NCBI GenBank assembly: GCA_965197585.1
Contig: OZ240215.1
Location: 96,001-160,000, forward strand
Direction: 5' to 3'
Source: Dehalococcoidia bacterium
GTDB taxonomy: Bacteria > Chloroflexota > Dehalococcoidia > Plut-88900
Length of the DNA stretch: 64,000 nt
Shown: positions 27,963 to 38,033 of the stretch, in pieces
Numbering within the stretch: the first letter of the stretch is position 1
Layout of the letters: every line of letters starts with the position of its first letter
Notes under the pieces: model-generated
Databases searched by the model: none
The model's input: only the letters and a program-made list of their open reading frames with translations
What the model was told of the DNA's origin: nothing
Translations under genes and position numbers: made by a program

Positions 27963-29477
27963 TTAGGACGTAGGCGAGGCCGACGCCGACGGCGCTGGCG
28001 AAGGCGTAAGCACCCTCGCATGGGGCCTCGTCTTGTGGAATGAGGCGACTACTGCTCCGAAGAAGAGGACGCCCATTACCATGAGGGTGGCGACCCGGAA
28101 GCCGTCGAAATAGTGGGCCTGGGCCTGAGCCTCGGTGAGGTCGTTGACCAGGGCGGGTATGAACATCGACAGGGCAGTCGCAGACGCTGTCGCCCCAAGG
28201 GCGTGGCCGATCTCGCGTGTGGTCTCCAGCAGGCCGGATGCTACACCTCTGTGCTCCAGGGGCAGCGCACTCATAACTGTCGCATTGTTGATCGGGTTGA
28301 ATATGGCTGTGCCCATGGTGATTGGCAGCATGAGGAAGGGCACGATCCACCAGCTGATGTTGGGGGCCAACAGTCCCAATGCAAGGAACCCTAAGGCTAT
28401 GGTTGCCATGGCCGCTGGGCGGAAGAGTCGGGACCCGTGCTTATCGTAGAGCCAGCCGGCGACCATGGGCATGAACAGCCCGACCCCCTGGTTCGGTATG
28501 AGGACGATCATGACGAAGATGGGTGAGAGGCCGAAGCCCTGCTCCATGAGTATCGGGACGAGGGTCATGGCCGCGAGCATCGAGAAGTGGAAAGCAGTGT
28601 TGGAGACCAGGGAAAGTGTGAAATACTTTTGCTGGAAGTGGCGGAAATCAACGATTGGGTTTCTGACCTTGTGCTCGACGAAGGCAAAGATGACAACGAG
28701 ACCCAGGAACAGGAATTGCATGGGGAGGTGGTAGGTGAGAGCCTCGGAGGAAGTGAAGGACTCCTCGCCCCCGTGCAGGTGGTTCGTGGAGAGGATCAGG
28801 ACGGAGGCGCTGGCAACGATAAAGCCCGCGCCTATGAAGTCGATAGGGCCCGTGTCGCGCTTCTCTTTGTCTTCGACTTCGGTCTGGGAACCCCGGATGA
28901 GGCCCAGTGAGGCGATAACGGCCAGGATGCCGATGGGTAGGAAAGTGGCGAAGGCGATGCGCCATGTGGCGAATTGCAGGGAGAGGCCGAAGCTGGCGAG
29001 GCCCAGCAGTGTGCCCAGGCGGGAGCCCATGATTGGCACCGCAAAGGCGCGGCCTCGCTCGTTGATCGGAAAGGCTGAGGCGAGTATGGCATTGGCGTTG
29101 CCGATCATCAGCGCCGCCCCCACGCCCGACACCGCCCTGAACGCCATGACCTCCCAAAGGCTTTGCGCGACGACTATAAGTCCCGCACCAAGGGTCGAGG
29201 AGATGACGCCAAGGACGTAAACGCGACTATGTCCGTACCTGTCACCAAGCCGGGCCCCGAGGAGTGCGCCACTGCCGAGTGCGAGGAGGTAGACGATGAC
29301 AATCCAGGCCGCCTCGTCGATGCCTACGGAGAATTCCTTGGCCAGGGTGCCGACGGAGAGGGCCACGGGAAGGCTGGACATCTGGGTCAGAATGTGGCCG
29401 GCGGCAAGCGCGAGCAACACCTGACGGCGTCGTTTCGTTGCCAGCAGAACGGAGAGGGACGCCGGGAGTCTCACCAT
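27963..29477 (-). CDS. MFS transporter (14-TM, DHA2-like)
   Basis: ARLGDRYG motif A, FRAVSGVG, ERGRAF; many hydrophobic segments. Confidence 0.9.
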   Translation of the reverse strand: MVRLPASLSVLLATKRRRQVLLALAAGHILTQMSSLPVALSVGTLAKEFSVGIDEAAWIVIVYLLALGSGALLGARLGDRYGHSRVYVLGVISSTLGAGLIVVAQSLWEVMAFRAVSGVGAALMIGNANAILASAFPINERGRAFAVPIMGSRLGTLLGLASFGLSLQFATWRIAFATFLPIGILAVIASLGLIRGSQTEVEDKEKRDTGPIDFIGAGFIVASASVLILSTNHLHGGEESFTSSEALTYHLPMQFLFLGLVVIFAFVEHKVRNPIVDFRHFQQKYFTLSLVSNTAFHFSMLAAMTLVPILMEQGFGLSPIFVMIVLIPNQGVGLFMPMVAGWLYDKHGSRLFRPAAMATIALGFLALGLLAPNISWWIVPFLMLPITMGTAIFNPINNATVMSALPLEHRGVASGLLETTREIGHALGATASATALSMFIPALVNDLTEAQAQAHYFDGFRVATLMVMGVLFFGAVVASFHKTRPHARVLTPSPAPSASASPTS

Positions 29478-29572
29478 TCACCTGCTACGGGCGAATGGCG
29501 TCGAGCCTTATGTGCGCGGGTACATATGGTCTCCACCAAGGAACAATATATCACAACCCTTCCCATCCCTTC

Positions 29573-29853
29573 CGTCATTCTCGTGCCCAGACACGGGAAT
29601 CCAGACTCCCAACCCACGGTCCTGCCCCGCTCATCCTGAGCGCCGTCGAAGGGTCGAGCGGATACGCACGCCAGACTCCCACGATTCCTCCGCAGGAGCG
29701 CCTACTGTGCTCGCCCCCCATCCCACCCCTGGCATGTCATCCCGAGGCTCCGCGAGGGATCTAGGATTTGCCCACTCACACTCCATACCCTCGTCATCCC
29801 CAAGCACCCACGCCCCGCCTCGCTCATGCTGAGCTTATCTAAGGGTCGAGCGG
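29573..29853. repeat. Cluster of REP-like palindromes (families B and C)
   Basis: CGTCATTCTCGTG..CACGGGAATC (29573), family C (29627, 29821), family B (29735). Confidence 0.7.
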
Positions 29854-30274
29854 ATGCAAACATCTGCCCCTCTCTATGGCACGCATCCTTGTCTTATGAG
29901 AAACGATTAATGAAGAAGCGTCTCCCAAGCACAAGCTCAACCAGAAAATCAAAAGCTAGGGGCAAAGAAGCATGAGTTTCCTCCTACCGTCGGCAAGGCT
30001 AACTTTGCCCCTCACTCATTGGGGGTTGTTTGCTCGTCTGCGCCCGAGCCGGTCAAATGCACCAAGTTTTAGCTCATTGACACTGCCGAGGCCCTTTTGC
30101 ACAATACCCCTAACACAATCACGTTATGTGCCGACCGCAGAATGAACCCTCGTGCCGCGGGACCTCAAAAACAAGATGCTATTCTTCAGCGGCTTTACCC
30201 TAAGGTTCACTATTCCCATTTTCGCTTTAGCTGCTACCACCAAGAGGAATAGCTACTAGAAAGGGCTCTTCAAT

Positions 30275-31906
30275 TTGGATCTCCAGAATGCCGTCTTGTC
30301 AGTTGGGCTCCTCATTGTAGCTGCCAAGCTGCTCGAGGGCTTATTCAAACGGTTCAACCTGAATTCAATCATCGCCTATGCAACTACTGGAGTTGTCCTT
30401 GGTCCCCTAAGCGGAGTCGTTAAAACCAGCCCAGGCCTCGAAGTTTTTTTGGGCATCGGTATATTTGTCTTCTTTTTCCTAATAGGCTTGGAGGAGCTGG
30501 ACATTAGGGGATTTTTTGCGGCCATTCGTGGCCGTCTCTTCCTTGCCTCCGTATTGTCTGTGACCATATCGCTATTGGTGTCCCTGGCAGTCACCAGCGA
30601 TCACCTTTTTGATCTCCATCTAGGGCTAGACTTTACCGGAGCTTTGGGATTGGCTGGAGTGCTGTCCCTGTCCAGCCTTGGCCTCGTGGCCAGGGTGCTG
30701 ATTGATGAAGGCCGACTGAGAGAGCCTGTGGGAGTCCAAATCTTCACCGCTGCAATAATCGCCGAGCTAATCGCTTTGTTTGTTGTGGGATTCACCATAA
30801 GCGAACACTTTGACCCTGTGGGACGTGGCCACAGCCTGGACTGGATCAGCGTGCTGACCCTGGTGGGGCAAATTCTCGGATTTGCAGTTGCTACATGGTT
30901 CGTCTCCACCAAGTTGCTGCCCAGGGTGATCGTTCTGTTGCATCGATTCTTAAGAGTGCCGCAACTTTCTTTTGGGCTGTTGCTGGGCGGGCTTTTCTTG
31001 GTAGTGGCCTTGGCCGAGCAGGTTGGACTTCACGGGTCCCTTGGTGCTCTGCTTTTTGGTGCCGCTCTCTCCACGTTGCCGTACCAGGTTCGGCGCGACA
31101 TCATGCCGGGTATGAAAGGCACCGCCGAAGGGTTGTTCGTTCCCCTGTTCTTCGCCTCCGCAGGACTACATTTGAGCCTGGAGTTCCTACAGCTGCCCTT
31201 GGAGACTGTACTCGCGCTAACGCTTGTGCCTCTAGCCGGCAAATTCGTTGCAGCGTTTATCAGCGTATACATTACCCGCCTTCATGCTCCCTTCGCCACT
31301 GCCATGGGCCTGATGGCCAAGGGAGTGGCCGAAATCGCCCTTCTTCTCTTGCTCCTACAGACCGGTACCATTGACAAGGGAGTCTTTTCTTTGCTGGTTC
31401 TAGTCATGTTCGGATATATCCTTCTGACCCCCATGGGAATCAGTTTTGCAATTGGAAGACTTAAACATTCCGAAACTGTTATCCCCCGGGGACAAATGCC
31501 TCCCTCGTTGGATCGCTTTGCCCTGGAGGGCATCACGATAAAGGATATCCTGGACCGTTCTCGAAGCTACCCAGAGCAATCACTTACGTTAAAAGCGTTC
31601 GTTGACAGTTGGATTCTGCCGCAACAGAACGACTACGTGGTTGTAGATAAGGGGAAATTCGCTGGCATAGTGTCGTTGAGCATGTTGCGCTACCTTCCGC
31701 GCAGCGAGTGGGGGCACACTCACCTTGGCCGAGTGCTGCGCCGACATACGCCCAATGCTAATTCGGAGGAATTGGTGGAAGATGCTCTCCAGCGAATGAC
31801 TGAAAATTCGCTAACAGTGCTACCGGTACTGGACAAAAATACAGGTGAGTTCATCGGCACTGTTGCAAGCCATGAAATACTGGAATTGGTGATGTTTACG
31901 GTTTGA
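30275..31906 (+). CDS. Cation:proton antiporter (CPA2-type) with C-terminal CBS pair
   Basis: FFFLIGLEELD, LGALLFG, FVPLFFASAGL, MAKGVAEIA; CBS-like VVDKGKFAGIVS and LPVLD..GEFIGTV. Confidence 0.88.
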   Translation: MDLQNAVLSVGLLIVAAKLLEGLFKRFNLNSIIAYATTGVVLGPLSGVVKTSPGLEVFLGIGIFVFFFLIGLEELDIRGFFAAIRGRLFLASVLSVTISLLVSLAVTSDHLFDLHLGLDFTGALGLAGVLSLSSLGLVARVLIDEGRLREPVGVQIFTAAIIAELIALFVVGFTISEHFDPVGRGHSLDWISVLTLVGQILGFAVATWFVSTKLLPRVIVLLHRFLRVPQLSFGLLLGGLFLVVALAEQVGLHGSLGALLFGAALSTLPYQVRRDIMPGMKGTAEGLFVPLFFASAGLHLSLEFLQLPLETVLALTLVPLAGKFVAAFISVYITRLHAPFATAMGLMAKGVAEIALLLLLLQTGTIDKGVFSLLVLVMFGYILLTPMGISFAIGRLKHSETVIPRGQMPPSLDRFALEGITIKDILDRSRSYPEQSLTLKAFVDSWILPQQNDYVVVDKGKFAGIVSLSMLRYLPRSEWGHTHLGRVLRRHTPNANSEELVEDALQRMTENSLTVLPVLDKNTGEFIGTVASHEILELVMFTV

Positions 31907-32315
31907 GGTCACGATAACTGAGGCATCCTGCTTTGACGCTAGATTCTATGACTATCCCCCCACTCCCGCTCATCCTGAGCCCTGTCGAAGAGTCGAGTGG
32001 ATACCCGTATCAACCCCCACACTCCTCACCAAAGTGACGCGGGCCCCTTGTGCCACCGACCCGCCATCCTTATCCTTTATCCATGACGAAATTCGACGCC
32101 ATCGTCACATATATTCCACACCTTCTTCACACACTTATTCCGTGACAAGCAGGCGAAGGTAACGCCTGAATCTCGAATTCAATCAATACTCGTGCCTGAT
32201 AATGCAAAACAATCAGAAGTCCCCGGCCTCCCGGACCGCTACAAGAGTGTTAAGACGAAACAGCGTGCTATAATCGTCCATCTCTCAGACTAGACATAAC
32301 ACCTTGGAAGATCAC

Positions 32316-32945
32316 ATGGCCCCAGACCTGTCAGTCACCATCTATTCCGACTACATATGACCTTGGTGCTACATCACGTCGGTACGGCTGGACAAGGTCA
32401 AAGATGCACTCGGCCCTCGGGTGGAGTTCCAATGGAAGAGCTATGCCCTCCTCATGGGCCGCGCCGACTCCCGCCTTGTCACACCCCACGGCAGGACCTC
32501 CCGTGCCGCGGCCGCAGAAGCTGAACCTCAGGCCCGTTTCGAGCCCTGGGCCACTGACAAGTCCTACATCTCCTCCAGTCTTCCCGCTTTGGAAGCCGCC
32601 AAGTGTGCCGCCGCCCAGGGACCCCAAGCTTTCGAGTCCTACCACCGTGCCCTGTTCCGGGCAATCTTCGTCGAGAGCATTGACGTCAGCGACTATTCGC
32701 AGCTAACGGCCCTCGCCGCCCGTGAAGGCCTGGACGCCGAGAGATTCAAAAGGGATCTGGATGGCGGTCAACAGAAAGTGGCGGTCATCGGCGAGCATCT
32801 GGAGATGGTGATGGACTACGGAGAAGCGCCGGCGGGACTGCCGCTGGTGCTCATCGAAGGTCGGGAGCCGATAGTCGGGGCCGCACCAGCCGACCTTTAC
32901 CGCAGGATATTGGAGCGAGCCATTGAGAAGCGAGGGGTGGTGTAA
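32316..32945 (+). CDS. DsbA/FrnE-like thioredoxin-fold selenoprotein (209 aa, U-P-W-C; UGA 32358-32360)
   Basis: ATG 32316 reads MAPDLSVTIYSDYI-UGA-PWCYITS, in frame with ORF 32421..32945; matches the FrnE-type SD..CPWCY motif with C replaced by U. Confidence 0.88.
32361..32397 (+). promoter_or_regulatory. Putative bacterial SECIS element
   Basis: CCTTG/CAAGG basal stem, TCA/TGG, bulged C, then GTCG-GTA-CGGC apical hairpin with GU at +22/+23. Confidence 0.65.
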
Positions 32946-32951
32946 CCGGAC

Positions 32952-33260
32952 ATGGCAGTGATGAGGCTATCCACGTTCACTCCGAAGCCCGGCAATGAGG
33001 AGCGAATCGCAAACCTCCTCGAAGCCCTGGACACGGCTTTCTCTCTCCAGCAGGGCTACGTGCTCGGGCTACGATTTACGGGCCGCGCCGGCTCTAACGA
33101 GATGGGCCGCATATTCGTCTGGGAATCCCCTGAGGCAGCCGACACCGCAGAATCCTCTCCCGAGGCTTCCCCACTCTCAAGGCGCATTGAGGCGTTATCC
33201 GAAGATGCGCGCCTGGACCGTACCTTCGACCTCCAGGGCTATGCCCTGCGCCCGAGCTAG
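32952..33260 (+). CDS. Antibiotic biosynthesis monooxygenase-like (dimeric alpha-beta barrel) protein
   Basis: KPG.EE, QQGY, VWESPEAA pattern; 6 bp after the DsbA-like gene. Confidence 0.65.
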   Translation: MAVMRLSTFTPKPGNEERIANLLEALDTAFSLQQGYVLGLRFTGRAGSNEMGRIFVWESPEAADTAESSPEASPLSRRIEALSEDARLDRTFDLQGYALRPS

Positions 33261-33679
33261 TCGGGCACTACGGCAATCACGTCCACTTCCAGAAGTAGGT
33301 CCGGCCTCGCAAGCCCGGCCACAACCACTGAAGTTATAGCTCGAAGCTTCACTTCGCCTAAGGCAGCCTTCCGTGCGCGGCTCATCCCCGCGAAGTTTTC
33401 TTTACCCACCACGAACTGGAATACCTTCACTATGTCGTCCATGCTCGCCCCGACCGAGGTGAGAATAGTCTCGATATGTCTCCAGATGGCTAGGCCTTGG
33501 GCCTCGACATCGCTTCCTCCCTCCGCCTCCCCGTTCAACCCCCGAGCCGTCTGCCCCGAGATGTGAATCGTATTGCCGACCCTTATCGCGTGACTGATCT
33601 TCTGGTGCTCAGGAAATGACCAGATGCCGGGTACCGTATAGCTGGTCCAGTGTTTTGACCCTGTCTCTGCCGAGCTCAT
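33257..33679 (-). CDS. Rid (YjgF/YER057c/UK114) family protein
   Basis: HAIRVGNTIHISGQ, GASMDDIVK, GLARPDLLLEVDVIA. Confidence 0.9.
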   Translation of the reverse strand: MSSAETGSKHWTSYTVPGIWSFPEHQKISHAIRVGNTIHISGQTARGLNGEAEGGSDVEAQGLAIWRHIETILTSVGASMDDIVKVFQFVVGKENFAGMSRARKAALGEVKLRAITSVVVAGLARPDLLLEVDVIAVVPD

Positions 33680-34077
33680 TGGCCTATCTCCGCAATCACG
33701 TCCACTTCCAGCAGAAGCTCGGGTTTTACCAGCCCCGAGACTACTATCGCCGTGATGGCCCTCAAGGGCGCCTCTCCTAATACTTTGCGCCGTGACCTGG
33801 ACATCCCCGCGAAGTTATCCGCCCCGACTACGAACTGGAACACCTTGACTACGTCGTCCATCGACGCCCCGGCCGCCTCCAGCACCTTACCAATGTTCTC
33901 CCAGATCAGGTCTCCCTGCGCCTCTACGTCTCCCTCGCCCACCACGTTCCCGTCAACATCCAGTGCTACCTGCCCCGAGATGTACACGGTGTTGCCCGTC
34001 CTCACCGCATGGGCAATCTTCAAATTGTCTTTGTACGAAAATATGCCGTCGACGTTGAACTCTTGCCAGTGATGCAT
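33676..34077 (-). CDS. Rid family protein (tandem paralog)
   Basis: HAVRTGNTVYISGQ, GASMDDVVK, GLVKPELLLEVDVIA; ATGA overlap with the downstream paralog. Confidence 0.9.
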   Translation of the reverse strand: MHHWQEFNVDGIFSYKDNLKIAHAVRTGNTVYISGQVALDVDGNVVGEGDVEAQGDLIWENIGKVLEAAGASMDDVVKVFQFVVGADNFAGMSRSRRKVLGEAPLRAITAIVVSGLVKPELLLEVDVIAEIGQ

Positions 34078-34582
34078 CTTTGGTCCTCTTTCCTTCTCGG
34101 TTACGGGGCCCGAGCCCCGATTTCAGGAGGGGATGATATGCCTGCCGCGCCTGGGTGTCAAAGATGAGAGTTTGGAAACCTTCTATTCCTGCTGCAACGT
34201 TAGACCAATTGGTCGACTGTTGGGATGAGGGGATATAATCCTATTGTGAACAGGCTCAGAAATATAACCAAAGTTCTATGGGCCTCGAACGGACGGCCAA
34301 GGCTCTTCGAACACAGGGCAGTTCTATCCTTAAGGCACTCTGATCGATCCGATGAGAGCACCAATTCGTGCGCCGGGTTGCGCAGCGCAAAACGAGACTA
34401 AAGAGGACGTATTCACAGACGAAGGCCTAAGATAAATTCAAGATAAACCACAGTCACCGGCACATTGTTTGGGCTGTTATGTCTGAAGAACAAAGGCCGG
34501 AAAACCCTGATTTAATACTTAGATGACTAAATCGAAGCACTGGTAGGCCAGTGTCCGCATTGAAGAATCTCGAGTTAGTTGC

Positions 34583-35545
34583 ATGAAATACGCCTTAGGC
34601 GGCATTCTCATTGCCATCGTCATCCTCACGATTGGGATTGGCTATACGATGCGTGCCAATGCTCAAGAGTCTTTGGAGTGCACGTACTACTACTACGACG
34701 AAGACGGCGAGAGCAACCATGCCACTACCAGTTGCGATAGCAGCGGTCTGCCTATACCCCCTTCCGATCCGTCTATCAATGTGACGACATGTGCCGTCAG
34801 CAGTGGAGGCGCGGAATGCCAGTTCCCCTGTGGAAGCGACCCCAGATCATGGTGCAGTCTCCTTGATGGTGACCCCCCTCCGCCACCACCGCCGCCGCCA
34901 CCTCCACCACCTCCGCCACCTCCACCACCTCCACCGCCTCCCACTGCTACGCCAACGCCCACTCCTCGCCCTATACCAACCTCAACTCCACGGCCCAGGC
35001 CAACTGCCACTCCCCTTCCTACGTCTACACCCACTCCGACACCGATGCCAACTCCCACCCCAACTCCGACGCCGCCACCCACTCCGATTCCCACGCCCAC
35101 GCCAACCCCAACGCCCACGCCAACCCCAACGCCCACGCCAACCCCAACGCCCACGCCAACCCCAACGCCCACGCCAACCCCAAAGCCCACGCCAACCCCC
35201 ACCCCAACGCCCACGCCAACCCCCACCCCCACCCCAACACCGACTCCGGTTCCCACTCCCGTTCCCGCTCCGACACCTACTTCGGCCCCCACACCCACAC
35301 CCACCGCCATCCCTACTGCCGCGCCGCTATCTACTCCCGGGGGAGAATCGACGCCTCAAACCGACTTGCAAGATTTGGAGCAGCCTGCGGCACCCGTAAT
35401 CGGCGACGCCATACCGCGCATCCGCAACACGTTGGGGGGTATTGCTTCCAGCCCGCGGAGACGGACCACCCTAATAGTTATTCAGGCTGTCACCAGTGCC
35501 TTCGCCCTTGGCGTATTCTCCTACCTGATAGCGCGGAAACGCTAA
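34583..35545 (+). CDS. Exported Pro/Thr-rich protein with small Cys-rich N-domain and C-terminal membrane anchor
   Basis: Signal-like N-terminus, six Cys, poly-Pro then (PT)n, C-terminal hydrophobic helix followed by RKR. Confidence 0.75.
   Translation: MKYALGGILIAIVILTIGIGYTMRANAQESLECTYYYYDEDGESNHATTSCDSSGLPIPPSDPSINVTTCAVSSGGAECQFPCGSDPRSWCSLLDGDPPPPPPPPPPPPPPPPPPPPPPPTATPTPTPRPIPTSTPRPRPTATPLPTSTPTPTPMPTPTPTPTPPPTPIPTPTPTPTPTPTPTPTPTPTPTPTPTPTPTPKPTPTPTPTPTPTPTPTPTPTPVPTPVPAPTPTSAPTPTPTAIPTAAPLSTPGGESTPQTDLQDLEQPAAPVIGDAIPRIRNTLGGIASSPRRRTTLIVIQAVTSAFALGVFSYLIARKR
35102..35191 (+). repeat. Coding tandem repeat, 18-bp unit CCAACCCCAACGCCCACG (PTPTPT)
   Basis: Four exact units plus one variant. 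Confidence 0.85.
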
Positions 35546-35592
35546 GGGTAAAGACGAGATGCCGAACAGGGAATGTGTGGCATAAGGGCCTG

Positions 35593-37527
35593 TTAGACAG
35601 ACCCTTGCAACAGACTTTCTTCCATCTCAGGCACAGAAGGGCTGTCTGTCGTAATTGGTAGCGTCATGATGAACTCGGCGTATTCACCGAATACAGTGTC
35701 CACGGATAGATCACCCCCGAACCTGCGGGCCACGTCGGCCGCTAGAGGAAGACCTAACCCTGCCCCTGCTGCTCCGTCCCGTGTCGAGAAGAACGGGTTG
35801 AATATACGTCCAAGCACATCATCGGATATTCCGGTGCCGTTGTCCCGCACTCGTATCTCCACCATATCACCGACCCGACGACTTGAAACGGCCAGAACTG
35901 GTTCATAGCCTTCCGAGATCTGCCGTTTCTGGTCCATGGCATAGAAAGCATTCGAAACCAGATTTAGCAGCGCCTCGGAGAAATCTCTTTCGACCAACGT
36001 CGTCTCACCTACAGATTTATCCAGGTCAAGAACTGGTTCCACTGAGAAGTCCTGCCACTGGGCATTAAAGGTGTTGCACCCCGAATTCACCGCCTCCCGC
36101 AATACTTCATTCAAGCCGACCACAACGGGGTCTCCGCCCGTGACACCCAACCCCCGCATCCGTTCGACAATTGCCAGGGCACGCCCACCGTTGGAAAGGA
36201 CGCGATTGAGGCTTGCGGTCATCTCCTGGGTGATGTCATCCAGTAAGGCGGTATCGTCCTTTGACATTCTATCCCTGTAGTTGTCCAGCATCTCCGTTAG
36301 TTCACTGTACAGTTCGAGAGAGCCTTCGGAGAAGTTATTGACGAAGTTCAACGGATTACTGATCTCATGCGCCACCCCCGACACCAGCTCACCCAAAGCC
36401 GCCAGTTTCTCCTGGGCCACCAGCCGGGCCTGGACCCGTTTCAGTTCTGCGTTGGTCACACGCAGCTCTTCGTATAGCTTCTCGACCAAATTCAAACGCT
36501 GGACTTCCAGGGCTTGCTGTCTGAAGACTTCCAGGGCGTTGGCCAATTCTCCAATCTCGTCGCGGCCCACTTCTGGCACCGGAGTCTCCAGGTCTCCGTC
36601 GGCCATCTTCCTCATGCGATCAGACATGCGGGAAAGCCGCCTGACCATACCGTTGCCTACCCAGATCCAGGCTGCCAAAGTCGCCGCAATCACGCTGATT
36701 ACGCTGATACCTGCCAACAGCGTTCGGCCTTCGTCAAAACTGCTCACGGCAAGTCCCAGCGCTTCTGAGGAATGCTCGCTGGATGCAGTCAGCAGCGCCG
36801 TCACTGAGCTTTCTAATGCGGCACTCGACCCGTCGAAGGATGCTGCCAGCTCCCTGATGTTGGTTTCCAGTACCAGCTGTTGGCCGCGGATGTAGAAGAC
36901 CCCCGCACCTTCGCCCAAAGATGACACCGCTGGGTCTATGCCGGTTGCATGTATGCCTAAAAACCTCTCCAGCATCCCCTGAAGGGATGGATCATCCGGA
37001 GCTTGCAATGCCTGCCGCAGCACCGACAGTGCAGCCTCTGACTCCCCGATATCCGAGGAGGTTGTTGCCAGGCGTAACCGGTAATCGAATGCGAGGTCGT
37101 TTGCCGTCAGCAAGGCATCGCGGGCTAGTACTAGACTGTCTATAACCTCGGCCAGGTCATAGGCCGTATCGCTGACGGCCTGGGCTTCGGTTGCTAGGGT
37201 CGGCACACCGCTCACGCTTTCCAAGGCGGTCTCCAACCTTTGTAGAGACCTGGCGATGGCTTCAGTATCCTGGCGTTGGAAGCCGGATTCAGCGTCGGCC
37301 ACCACCTCGAGCCCCAGAATCCGTAAGCGTTCCGCCTCACGAGCGGCTATCCAGGACGACTCCAAAGCCGGCACCGACTCCGATTGGACCCGGTAGTTAT
37401 GGTCTCCGCTCTGCTCGAAGTAGTAGACGGCAACCCCACCGGAGATTAGCGTCAGTGCCACAGCAAATCCCAAAGCTAGATACAGTCGTGTGCCGATGCG
37501 CCGCCATCTATCTATGAAGAATCGCAT
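35593..37527 (-). CDS. Membrane sensor histidine kinase (HAMP, HisKA, HATPase)
   Basis: Two TM segments, GRDEIGELA, GVAHEISNP, NLVSNA, DNGTGI, FNPFFST, GAGLGL. Confidence 0.93.
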   Translation of the reverse strand: MRFFIDRWRRIGTRLYLALGFAVALTLISGGVAVYYFEQSGDHNYRVQSESVPALESSWIAAREAERLRILGLEVVADAESGFQRQDTEAIARSLQRLETALESVSGVPTLATEAQAVSDTAYDLAEVIDSLVLARDALLTANDLAFDYRLRLATTSSDIGESEAALSVLRQALQAPDDPSLQGMLERFLGIHATGIDPAVSSLGEGAGVFYIRGQQLVLETNIRELAASFDGSSAALESSVTALLTASSEHSSEALGLAVSSFDEGRTLLAGISVISVIAATLAAWIWVGNGMVRRLSRMSDRMRKMADGDLETPVPEVGRDEIGELANALEVFRQQALEVQRLNLVEKLYEELRVTNAELKRVQARLVAQEKLAALGELVSGVAHEISNPLNFVNNFSEGSLELYSELTEMLDNYRDRMSKDDTALLDDITQEMTASLNRVLSNGGRALAIVERMRGLGVTGGDPVVVGLNEVLREAVNSGCNTFNAQWQDFSVEPVLDLDKSVGETTLVERDFSEALLNLVSNAFYAMDQKRQISEGYEPVLAVSSRRVGDMVEIRVRDNGTGISDDVLGRIFNPFFSTRDGAAGAGLGLPLAADVARRFGGDLSVDTVFGEYAEFIMTLPITTDSPSVPEMEESLLQGSV

Positions 37528-38033
37528 GCAGAAAACGGCTCCTGGAATCGTCTGGAACTTCCAGAAATTGCCTTTGAAAATTCTCTAGTAGCTAGGATAT
37601 CACAGCCGGTATGGGCTAGTGACCAAGGCTTAATTTATGAGAGCCGAAGCGCTGTAGAAGAAGGGAGTTCTGCTAAAATCCGTATCAATTACAGTGTACA
37701 TTTCTACTGTACGTTGTCACCGATAATCGACTGCTGGACGAAACCGGTGATATAGGACAGACCTGCAGATAGGTCAATGGACGTACCATCCATTCCCGGC
37801 GTGCTCAAGGCCCAGGCCTGTTGGCCCCTCCCGATTTGTGTTACAACTAGCGAGGTTGCATCAGTATGTTTAGGAAGAGTGTGAATCTTACGCCCGCTGC
37901 ATAAATGGAAAGTCATTAACGCTCGTGACTCCTTCCAAATTATTCAGGATTCACATCGGACAAGGGCTGGGTTTGTATCTCGGTCCTACAGGTACGCCTA
38001 AACTGGGGATTTCTACCGTCTAACGGAAGCCTT

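Noticed and set aside
29959-30011. GGGGCAAAG...CTTTGCCCC stem upstream of the antiporter as a riboswitch
   Set aside because: Only a 9-bp inverted repeat; no aptamer consensus recognised by eye.
35102-35240. Possible CRISPR array
   Set aside because: Head-to-tail coding repeats without unique spacers; no cas genes in the window.
34693-35310. Gly/Val-repeat ORF on the minus strand, and other frames over the repeat
   Set aside because: Antisense or alternative frames of the Pro/Thr repeat; the + frame has a signal peptide and an anchor.
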